Source of the DNA: Deltaproteobacteria bacterium
Lineage (GTDB): Bacteria; Myxococcota; Kuafuiibacteriia; Kuafuiibacteriales; Kuafuiibacteriaceae
Direction of reading: 5' to 3'
DNA length: 64,000 nt
Assembly (NCBI GenBank): GCA_040218735.1
Contig: JAVJQW010000043.1
Coordinates: 160,001-224,000 of the forward strand
Shown: positions 8,696-16,344 of the stretch, in pieces
Position numbering within the stretch: position 1 is the first letter of the stretch
How the letters are laid out: each line of letters starts with the position of its first letter
Position numbers and translations under genes: made by a program
The notes under the pieces: model-generated
The model's database searches: none
What the model was told of the DNA's origin: nothing
The model's input: only the letters and a program-made list of their open reading frames with translations

Positions 8696-11359
8696 TCACG
8701 TGTCGACCGGGGCGGTCGGCGGCTTGTGGGTCGTGCGCGCGAGCGCACGTTGCGCTTCGAAGGATCGTGGGTGCGCGCTCGCGAGCCCTTCGGCCATGCG
8801 CATCGCGTCCTCGTCGCGGCCTTGTCCCGCGAGCCAGTCGACGAGCAGCAACCGCGGGACGAGCCCCGCGCCCTCGCCGAGCCAGTCGTCGAGCGTCGGC
8901 CACACCCGTTCGTGTTGCCCGTGGGCGATCGCGGTCTGCACGTAGGCGCGTCGCGCGTTTTCGTCGTCGCGCGGATCCGCGGTGGCCTGCGCGGCCTTCC
9001 ATCCGAGCTCCGCGGCGTCGACCGCGGCGGCGCCGTCACCGAGCACATGATGCGCGGAGGACAGCAGGAAACACGACTCCATGTGCTCCGGGTTCGCTTC
9101 GACGAGCGCGGTGAGCCGAGCGAGCACGCCCCGGACGTCGGCGCGGTGGAGCGCAATGAGCTTCTCCGGATCGTCGCCGGCGGCTTCTCTCGCTTCGTCG
9201 CTCGGCGCCGACAACACGCGCAGCGCGTCGATGAAGGTGTCGACGTCGTCGCCTTCGAGCCCGTCCGCCGCGCGGCGCCCGCGCACCTGCACGCTGATCT
9301 CCTTCGCGGCGTCCTGGATCGGATCGAAGACCGGCTCGGTGACGCCGCCGATCCAAGACCCGGCGGCGCTCAACAGATCCCGACCGCCCCGGATGAACGC
9401 CGACTCGGAGAGCGCCTTCACGAGCTCCGCGCCGCGCTGCGCGCCGACCGCGAACGACGGGTGCCTCAGCACGGTGTCGACGCGCCCCGCCGCCGGGGAC
9501 AGCGGCGGCCAGAAGGTGCTGAGGATGAACGCGCCGTACGCTTCGCCGTCCTCGGTGCCGTAGCCGACGCCCGCGTTGATCACCTGCGGCACCCACAGCC
9601 CGCCCGCGAAGACGTTGCCCCAGCTCTCGCCACCGGGGCCGCCCCACACGCCGAGGAAGTCGACGCCCCCGCCGCCGCTCACGCCGAAGCCTTCGGCGCG
9701 CGAGTAGGAGACGTCGAGCTTGCCGTAGCCGCCCACCGAGAACGCGGGCATCGCGTAGCCGACGAGCCCCTTCTCCCGGCGGCCCGTGGTCGGGTCGGCT
9801 TCGTCGAGGCTGATCCCGCCCATCGCCGAGCCCGAGAAGATGCCGGGCACGCCGACGGCGCCGCCCGCGAGCACGTCGACTTCGAGGCGGTCGAGCCAAC
9901 GGTGTCCGCGCACGGCGTTGACGCCGGCGCGGGTGTCGGCGAGCTCCTCGATGCGCGCGGTGGTCGCCGCGAGCTTCGCGTCGATCGCTGCGAGCTCGGT
10001 CTGCTCCGCCGACGTGAGGTCGGTCGGCGTCTTGTCGTCGAGCAACCGCAGGCGAGCTTCGGTCGCGGACGCGCGCTGCTCCTGGGTCTTGGCGATCAGG
10101 TTCGTGAGCTTCTTACGTTCGAGCGGCAGCGGCTCGCGGCCGAGCACCTCGCCGGTGAGCACCTTCATCAGCGACGCGGTGTCGTCGGCGGCGCGGATGG
10201 TGTCGTGCAGCTCGGGGTGCGCGCCGTGGAGCGTGCCGATCAGCGCTTCCTGCAGTCGGTCGAGCTGAGGGCGTTCGAGCTCGAGCGCGTCGAGCGACGC
10301 GGCGAGGATCGCCACGTGGTAGGGCGCGACGGCGCGGCCCGTCTCGCCGAACGCCGCGATGGGGGCGGCGAGCAGCTCGGTCGGCCAGGTGATCATCGCG
10401 TCGCGGATCTGCTCGAGCTCGGCGGAGGGGTTGCGTGTGAGCTGTTTGTCGAGGCCCGCGATGGTGTCGGCCGCCTCGACCCCGCTCATCAGCGCAAACA
10501 GGCTGCGCACCGTCGGCGGATCCACGCGGGCGCTCGGCGGGTGGTCCGTGTGTCCTTCGAGGAGCGCGTCGCGCAGCGTGACGAGCTCACTCGCGGAGGG
10601 GTCGTGGCGGTGGAGCGCGTAGAGGAGCTTGGGGGCGTCGTCCGGATCCACGGCGCGGCCCGTCGCGCGGAAGCGTTCGATCTGCTCGCCGAAGCGCGCG
10701 TCCGCCCACCGCGCGAAGCTCTCGACGATCGCCCGTTGCTCGACGATGCGCGGCTCGATCGCCGCGAGCCGATCGGCGGCGGTCAGATCGCTGCCGTCGA
10801 ACATCTTGTCGTGCTCGGGACCGTGTCGTGCGATCTCGCGGAGCAACCCGTGTTCGTCTTCGAGCAGCGCGTCGAGCTTCGCCTTCGCCGCCGCCAACGA
10901 CTTAACGACGGGCGGTGTCTTCGGCGTCGTCGCGGACGTCGCGAGGAGGAGCGTGACGATGTCTTCCGCCTTCGGGTTACCGACGTTCGCAGCCTTCGTG
11001 CGGTGCAGCCCCGCGCGTTCAGGTGCGAGGTTCGCCAGCACGTGTTTGCGCAGCGCGAGGAAGTCTCCGCGCGTGAGGTCGGCGCTGCGCAGCGTGAACA
11101 GCAGCGGCGCCGCGCTCGACGGATCCAGCGGCAACCCTGCGGCATGCAGCGCGAGGGCGTCGCCGAGCATCGTCTCGGTCGCGCAGGTGCGCAGCCCCGG
11201 CGGGATGTCGTGTTTCGCGGCGTCGAAGACCCGGGCGCGATCTGCGACGCCCGTGGTCGGCGCGTCGGGTCGCACGACCTGCGAAGTGTTCGCAGGGGCT
11301 TCGGTCACCGCCGCCGTGACGGGGACGGGCGCCCCGACTCTGGTCTTCACCTCGGTCAT
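8696..11359 (-). CDS. Large hypothetical protein (887 aa): helical internal repeats, coiled coil, Gly-rich region, C-terminal TPR-like repeats
   Basis: Natural composition from MTEVKTRVG (ATG 11359); no signal peptide; TPR-like ALVEANPEH..SCFLLSSAHHVLGD and GRDEDAMRMAEGLASAHP. Confidence 0.7.
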   Translation of the reverse strand: MTEVKTRVGAPVPVTAAVTEAPANTSQVVRPDAPTTGVADRARVFDAAKHDIPPGLRTCATETMLGDALALHAAGLPLDPSSAAPLLFTLRSADLTRGDFLALRKHVLANLAPERAGLHRTKAANVGNPKAEDIVTLLLATSATTPKTPPVVKSLAAAKAKLDALLEDEHGLLREIARHGPEHDKMFDGSDLTAADRLAAIEPRIVEQRAIVESFARWADARFGEQIERFRATGRAVDPDDAPKLLYALHRHDPSASELVTLRDALLEGHTDHPPSARVDPPTVRSLFALMSGVEAADTIAGLDKQLTRNPSAELEQIRDAMITWPTELLAAPIAAFGETGRAVAPYHVAILAASLDALELERPQLDRLQEALIGTLHGAHPELHDTIRAADDTASLMKVLTGEVLGREPLPLERKKLTNLIAKTQEQRASATEARLRLLDDKTPTDLTSAEQTELAAIDAKLAATTARIEELADTRAGVNAVRGHRWLDRLEVDVLAGGAVGVPGIFSGSAMGGISLDEADPTTGRREKGLVGYAMPAFSVGGYGKLDVSYSRAEGFGVSGGGGVDFLGVWGGPGGESWGNVFAGGLWVPQVINAGVGYGTEDGEAYGAFILSTFWPPLSPAAGRVDTVLRHPSFAVGAQRGAELVKALSESAFIRGGRDLLSAAGSWIGGVTEPVFDPIQDAAKEISVQVRGRRAADGLEGDDVDTFIDALRVLSAPSDEAREAAGDDPEKLIALHRADVRGVLARLTALVEANPEHMESCFLLSSAHHVLGDGAAAVDAAELGWKAAQATADPRDDENARRAYVQTAIAHGQHERVWPTLDDWLGEGAGLVPRLLLVDWLAGQGRDEDAMRMAEGLASAHPRSFEAQRALARTTHKPPTAPVDT

Positions 11360-11453
11360 CCGATTGTCGGGGAGTGTGCGTGGGCGGTCGCGAAGAATCC
11401 ACTCGAAAGAACCCGCGCTGGTCATCCTCCGCCTCGTGACTAACCTCGCCCGC

Positions 11454-12347
11454 ATGGATTGGAACGACGTGCGCTACTTCCTCGCTCTCGCGCGCCTCGG
11501 TTCGGTGCGCTCGGCGGGGGAGGCGCTCGGCGTCAGCCACTCCACGGTGGCGCGTCGCGTCGAGGCCCTCGAAGCCCGGCTCGCGGCGCGGCTGTTCGAC
11601 CGGAACCGCGAGGGTTACCAGCTGACCGACGCGGGGCGGCGCATGGTCGAACGCGCCGAGCGCGCCGAAAAAGAGATGCTCGCGCTCGAACGTGAGCTCG
11701 TCGGGTGCGACGAGAAGCTCGCCGGCCCGGTGCATATCACCTGCTGCGACGCGTTTGTCTCCGACCTCCTGATGCCCGAGCTCGCGCGGCTCTGCACGGC
11801 GTGCCCGGGGATCGAGCTGGGGATGACGACCGACGCGCGCCCCTTCGACCTCAACAAACGCGAGGCCGACATCGCGCTGCGTGTGCTCGCGCTCGGCAAC
11901 GCGCCGCAGCCCTACCTGATCGGCCGGCGGGTCGCGCCGGTGACGATCGCAAGCTACGTTGCAGAAGCGCACCGCGAGCGCCTCGACCCCGGCTTCGGTG
12001 GGACACCGCGCTGGATCGCGTTCGACGACAAGGACACCATGTCGACGGTCGTCGCGGACTCCGGCTTCCCGGACGCGCCGATGTGGGGTGCGCTCGGATC
12101 GATCGAGCTGATGGTCCAGGGCGCGCACGCGGGGTTGGGGATCTGCTTCCTCCCCACCTACGTCGGCGATCGGGAGGCGGGCCTGCGTCGCACGTCGAAG
12201 TCGACGGTTCGCCACATGGCGGACCTGTGGCTCCTCTCGCACCCGGACCTCCGCGACAACGCGCGCTTCGCCGCCGCGCGGGACGCCGTCGTGCGAGCCC
12301 TCGAGCCGCACGCGGCGCTGTTCGCGGGACAGATCAGAGCTTCGTGA
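11454..12347 (+). CDS. LysR-family transcriptional regulator
   Basis: MDWNDVRYFLALARLGSVRSAGEALGVSHSTVARRVEALE HTH; LTDAG; DLNKREADIALR; GLGICFLP. Confidence 0.93.
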   Translation: MDWNDVRYFLALARLGSVRSAGEALGVSHSTVARRVEALEARLAARLFDRNREGYQLTDAGRRMVERAERAEKEMLALERELVGCDEKLAGPVHITCCDAFVSDLLMPELARLCTACPGIELGMTTDARPFDLNKREADIALRVLALGNAPQPYLIGRRVAPVTIASYVAEAHRERLDPGFGGTPRWIAFDDKDTMSTVVADSGFPDAPMWGALGSIELMVQGAHAGLGICFLPTYVGDREAGLRRTSKSTVRHMADLWLLSHPDLRDNARFAAARDAVVRALEPHAALFAGQIRAS

Positions 12348-13560
12348 CGTGCCCCATGAAGAGCAGCGCGCCGGTGCCGCGGTCGCGTAGCGCGTAGATG
12401 AACGGCCGGTCGATCTTCACCGTCACCGTCTCGGGGATCGACACGATCCCCACGCCGCCGCCGGTCGCCGCCGCCGCGACCGTGCCGCGCTCCGACACCT
12501 TGATGACCGCTTCCTGCACGAGCCACGCGAGGAAGAGCTCCCCGGGCGCTCCGGCGATGCCAGAGAGGTCCGCGGCGGCGAACAGATCGACGATCCCCAT
12601 CTTCTGCATCGGCGCTTCGAGTTTGTGCTCGCTGCGGATGTCGAACTTCGGCATCGAGAGGTCGATGTCGACGCCCCGGAGCTCGTCGAGCGTGGCCGTC
12701 AGGCGGTCGGCGTCGAGGGCGGCGTGGAACGCGCCGAAGTCGTTCGGCTCGATCACGACGAGCTCGACCTGGTTGTCGTCGTAGGGGACCGCGACGGCTT
12801 CGTAGTCGTCGCCTTTGACATATCGACCGCGCGAGCGACCGACGAACCCGGCGACCTGCTTACCGTCGAAGTCGATGTCCTCCGCCTCGAACTCGGCCTG
12901 CCACGCGCCGTCGAAGTACACCGCGTTGGCGAGCACGAGCACGATGCTCGCGTCGATGGAGCCGGACTTCAGTAGCTCGGGGATGAGGCCCTCCGTCATG
13001 GCGGAGATCCATTCGTTGATCGCGATGCGGCTCGGCTCCGCTTCGCCCGCGAAGTCCATGAGCGACACGGGCGCGCCGTAGTTCAGGGCGAGGGTGTCGA
13101 GGTACGGCGCGTGGATCGCGAAGCCCTTCTGCGCGAAGAGCTGGTTCACGGAGCGCAGCATGAAGTCACCGCCGTTCGACGACTTGGCGTCCTCGCCGCG
13201 GGACGCGAGCTCGAGGTCGACGCGGTTGAACGCGGCGTGCAGCACGTCGGACGGGAGCGTGTAGTGCATCCCGCTCGCCATCTGGGTCTCGGTGGTGCTC
13301 TTCGCGCCGGCGTAGAGCATCGCCATCACGGCGTCGACGCTGTACGGCGAGACGACGACGTTCTCGTCGAGGGCGTTCGACTTGTAGAGGTCGAGGGCAA
13401 ACGCGGTGCGGTCGTGTGCAAACTGCTTGGTGTCCGCTTCACTGACGGAGGGGGCGAGCTCGCGCTGGAGATCGGATCGTACGAGCTCTCCGGGGGGCTC
13501 GGGGGTCCCGCCGCTGCAGGCGACGAGGAAGAGGAGGAGCAAAGGTGAGTTCCTGTTCAT
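12334..13560 (-). CDS. Serpin (serine protease inhibitor), lipoprotein
   Basis: Lipobox LVAC; NVVVSPYS, INEWISAMTEGLI, LVLANAVYFDGAW, MPKF, hinge ERGTVAAAAT, IDRPFIYALRD...LFMGHV. Confidence 0.93.
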   Translation of the reverse strand: MNRNSPLLLLFLVACSGGTPEPPGELVRSDLQRELAPSVSEADTKQFAHDRTAFALDLYKSNALDENVVVSPYSVDAVMAMLYAGAKSTTETQMASGMHYTLPSDVLHAAFNRVDLELASRGEDAKSSNGGDFMLRSVNQLFAQKGFAIHAPYLDTLALNYGAPVSLMDFAGEAEPSRIAINEWISAMTEGLIPELLKSGSIDASIVLVLANAVYFDGAWQAEFEAEDIDFDGKQVAGFVGRSRGRYVKGDDYEAVAVPYDDNQVELVVIEPNDFGAFHAALDADRLTATLDELRGVDIDLSMPKFDIRSEHKLEAPMQKMGIVDLFAAADLSGIAGAPGELFLAWLVQEAVIKVSERGTVAAAATGGGVGIVSIPETVTVKIDRPFIYALRDRGTGALLFMGHVTKL

Positions 13561-13575
13561 GGCGGACCGGGGAGG

Positions 13576-13590
13576 GCACGACGCGTGCCA
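13576..13590 (-). promoter_or_regulatory. Putative sigma54 -24/-12 promoter of serpin
   Basis: Minus strand TGGCACG-CGTC-GTGC (GG-N10-GC), 15 nt before the ATG. Confidence 0.5.
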
Positions 13591-13751
13591 AGCGAAGATC
13601 CGGTTGTGCGCGCGCGCATCTTCGGGCCGGCCTGACATGGTTGCCCGGCGGCTCGAGGGGGTCGCGGAATCTGGAGGCCTTGGCGTCGGTGCGTCGTTGC
13701 ACCGAGCCGTCCCGAAAAAGCACCATCGACGCGGCCGCGGGCTGCACCACC

Positions 13752-14393
13752 ATGTCGAAGATGAACGACACTGCCTTGGCCGAAGCGCGCTTTTGGGATC
13801 GAAAGGCGAAGGGGTACGCGAAGAGCCCCATCGCGGACCTCCCGGCTTACGAGAAGAAACTCCTCGTCACCCGTGAGCACCTCCGCCCGGACATGAAGCT
13901 CCTGGAGGTCGCGTGCGGCACCGGGACGACCGCGCTGATTCACGCGCCGCACGTCGCCCACATCCGCGCCACGGACCTTTCGTCACAGATGATCGCCATC
14001 GCGAAGAAGAAGGCGGCGGACGAGGGCGTCGACAACGTGACGTTCGAGCAGGCGTCGATCGCGTCGCTCGACGCGGAGGACGGCGCGTATGACGCGATCC
14101 TCGCGATGAGCATCTTGCACCTACTCGACGACCGGCGCGGGGCGCTCGAGAAGCTGCATCGCCTCCTCGCGCCCGGCGGGAAGCTCTTCACGAGTACGCC
14201 GTGCCTGTCGGACGGGATGGCGTGGGTCGGCTGGATCGCGCCCGTCGCGCGGTTTTTCGGCTTCTTCCCGTACGTGGAGTGTTTCAGCGAGCAGACGCTG
14301 ATGGACGACTTCGCCGCGGCGGGGTTCGAGGTCGACTACAAGTGGAAGCCGGGCCCCAAGAAGGCGCTGTTCACGATCGCGCGGCGCGCTTGA
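13752..14393 (+). CDS. Class I SAM-dependent methyltransferase
   Basis: FWDRKAKGYAK, motif I LEVACGTG, DLSSQMI, YDAILAMSILHLL, LAPGG. ATG at 13752 or 13761. Confidence 0.9.
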   Translation: MSKMNDTALAEARFWDRKAKGYAKSPIADLPAYEKKLLVTREHLRPDMKLLEVACGTGTTALIHAPHVAHIRATDLSSQMIAIAKKKAADEGVDNVTFEQASIASLDAEDGAYDAILAMSILHLLDDRRGALEKLHRLLAPGGKLFTSTPCLSDGMAWVGWIAPVARFFGFFPYVECFSEQTLMDDFAAAGFEVDYKWKPGPKKALFTIARRA

Positions 14394-14424
14394 CCGCGCC
14401 GGCCGAGCCGTTACGTTCGAGTTC

Positions 14425-14856
14425 GTGACCCACGCCCTCCCGAAGGAAGTCGAGCGCCGCGCCCTCGCGCGCGCGACGCGGCGGGCGAAGCTCAAGGGGT
14501 ACGGCCTCATCCTCATCTACGTCGTGATCATGGTGGTCCTGTTTCCTCGGAACGAGATCGGTGTGTTTGGCGTTGCTTGTTCTCTTGGCGGGCTCGTCGT
14601 CGCGGTCCGCCATGTGAAGGCCGCTCACATCCTCGAGCGTGATGGCCCACGTGACCAGCTACACGACGAGACACGCAAGCTCGTGGAGGAGTTCGAGCGC
14701 GAAGCGCTCCGCGCAAGTGCCTTGGAGACCGCGGCCGGATCCGTGTCCGTGTTCAGTGATCCGGCACGCGGCGGTCTCGGCGTTGCAGAGCCGATCGACG
14801 GCCACTTGGCGCTGACGACCCCGGCGGCCCCGAGCAATTGGAGGCCGGGCCCGTGA
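14425..14856 (+). CDS. Hypothetical two-TM membrane protein, copy 1
   Basis: Two hydrophobic helices; C-terminal AGSVS/RGGLG/DGHLAL motifs; paralogue of the next gene. Confidence 0.7.
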   Translation: MTHALPKEVERRALARATRRAKLKGYGLILIYVVIMVVLFPRNEIGVFGVACSLGGLVVAVRHVKAAHILERDGPRDQLHDETRKLVEEFEREALRASALETAAGSVSVFSDPARGGLGVAEPIDGHLALTTPAAPSNWRPGP

Positions 14857-14939
14857 CCCACGCCCTCCCGAAGGAAGTCGAGCGCCGCGCCCTCGCGCGC
14901 GCGACGCGGCGGGCGAAGCTCAAGGGATACGGCCTCATC
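14425..14939 (+). repeat. 87-bp direct repeat (14425-14511 and 14853-14939), one mismatch
   Basis: gtgacccacgccctcccgaaggaagtc...ctcaaggg(g/a)tacggcctcatc occurs twice, read directly. Confidence 0.95.
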
Positions 14940-15260
14940 ACGCTCTACCTCGTGCTGATGGGTGGCCTGGTCTACTGGAGCGATGGCTCCGTCTGGATCA
15001 TGCTCTGCTGGACCAGCGGTTTCCTCGTCGCGGCGCGGTACCTGAAGGCGAGCCGCGTCTTGGAGCGTGGTGGTCCGCGTGCGCACCTCGACGCCGAGAC
15101 GCGCAAGCTCCTGGAGCAGATCGAAGGTGAGGCGATCCGCGCCGGGCAGCGCGAGCTCACGGCGGGTTCGCTGTCGGTGTCGTCGGAGCCGACGCGCGGC
15201 GAGCTGTCGGTCACGGAGCCGGTCGAAGGCCACCTCGCGCTGACCGACCGCGAGGGTTGA
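14853..15260 (+). CDS. Hypothetical two-TM membrane protein, copy 2
   Basis: GTG start overlaps the copy 1 stop (GTGA); same first 29 residues; AGSLSV/RGELSV/EGHLAL tail. Confidence 0.7.
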   Translation: MTHALPKEVERRALARATRRAKLKGYGLITLYLVLMGGLVYWSDGSVWIMLCWTSGFLVAARYLKASRVLERGGPRAHLDAETRKLLEQIEGEAIRAGQRELTAGSLSVSSEPTRGELSVTEPVEGHLALTDREG

Positions 15261-15261
15261 G

Positions 15262-16266
15262 TCACTCCCAGTCGAACACTTCCGGAAGCACCGCGGTCGC
15301 GACGAACAACGACTGCGACACCGGCGCGCCGATGCGTTTGATGTCGTAGCTCGAGAGTGTGTCCCAGGTGTTGTAGCCGGTGCAGAACGAGTACGCGACG
15401 GCGTAGCCGACCTCCTGCGCGATGCGCGAGGTCTCCGCGGTGAAGTGTTGGTAGCCGCCGACCGGGTAGGCGAGCGACGCCACCGGGCGTCCGAGGCGCT
15501 CTTCGAGGAAGGCCTTGGAGGTCTGCAGCTCCTCGCGTTGCGTCTCGGCGGGGAGCGTCGCGAGGACGCGGTGGGAGTGGGTGTGGCTCGCGATGGTCAC
15601 GAGGCCGTCGTCGCTCAGCGCGCGGAGCTGATCCCAGGTCATGAGCTCGGCGTCCTTCTCCGCGTCGGTCGGGGGCGTGACGCCGAAGGCTTCGGCCATG
15701 CGATCCACGAGGTCCTTCGTGCGGTCGGCCGGTTCGAGCTGCATGCGTTTGTGCAGGCGCGCGATCACGGCGTCGCGGTCCGACAGATCGAACGTCTCGC
15801 CGTCGAATTCGACGTTCGCGCCGCGGGCCTTCTTGGCGATGAACGCGATGACGTCCCACCAGCCGACGTAGCGCTCCTCGATGATGCGCGACGGTACGAA
15901 GAACACCGCCGGCATCCCGTACTTCTTCAGCACGGGGTACGCGAGGTCGTAGTTGTCGCGGTAGCCGTCGTCGAACGTCATCAGCGTCGACAGGCCGGAC
16001 GGGAACTTCTGCGTGCGGAGGCATCGGAGCAAGTCGTCTTGCGACAGCATCGTCGTGTTCTCGGAGAGCCACGCGACCTGCGCTTCGAACTCCGAGACGG
16101 TTGGCCCGAAGACGTCGTCGGCGAAGGGGCTCTCGAAGTCGGGGTCGTCCGGCTTGATGCGGTGCTGCCCGAACACGAGGAGGCGATCGCCGACCGCCTT
16201 GGACGTCACGCCCGCGAGGCCGGTGCGGTAGAGGACATCCGCGAGGAGCTGCTTCTTTCCGGGCAC
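15262..16266 (-). CDS. Polysaccharide deacetylase (CE4/NodB)
   Basis: TFDDGYRDN, LMTWDQLR, SHTHSH, LAYPVG. Confidence 0.9.
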   Translation of the reverse strand: MPGKKQLLADVLYRTGLAGVTSKAVGDRLLVFGQHRIKPDDPDFESPFADDVFGPTVSEFEAQVAWLSENTTMLSQDDLLRCLRTQKFPSGLSTLMTFDDGYRDNYDLAYPVLKKYGMPAVFFVPSRIIEERYVGWWDVIAFIAKKARGANVEFDGETFDLSDRDAVIARLHKRMQLEPADRTKDLVDRMAEAFGVTPPTDAEKDAELMTWDQLRALSDDGLVTIASHTHSHRVLATLPAETQREELQTSKAFLEERLGRPVASLAYPVGGYQHFTAETSRIAQEVGYAVAYSFCTGYNTWDTLSSYDIKRIGAPVSQSLFVATAVLPEVFDWE

Positions 16267-16344
16267 GCCGCGTCATGCTCCCCGTTCGGTCGCCTTCCCC
16301 GCAAGCCCTTGCGAGGGGCCACGGGGCGTGGGAAGGGGAGGCCG

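Noticed and set aside
8726-11443. 905-aa + strand ORF and many other long Arg/Ala-rich ORFs (e.g. 31899-33728, 48404-50233, 54758-56974)
   Set aside because: Antisense or off-frame shadows of real genes, expected at this GC content; no recognisable motifs.
13687-13704. Inverted repeat CGGTGC-N6-GCACCG upstream of the methyltransferase as a LysR box
   Set aside because: Spacing is T-N10-A rather than T-N11-A, and short GC palindromes are common by chance here.
14425-14939. 87-bp repeat as a CRISPR, IS end or DGR template/variable repeat
   Set aside because: Only two copies, both coding 5' ends; no transposase or reverse transcriptase; a single synonymous mismatch.
10629-16344. Apparent long N-terminal extensions on LysR (from 10629) and ATP-grasp (from 15445)
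   Set aside because: They overlap opposite-strand genes; family-typical starts are at 11454 and 16345.
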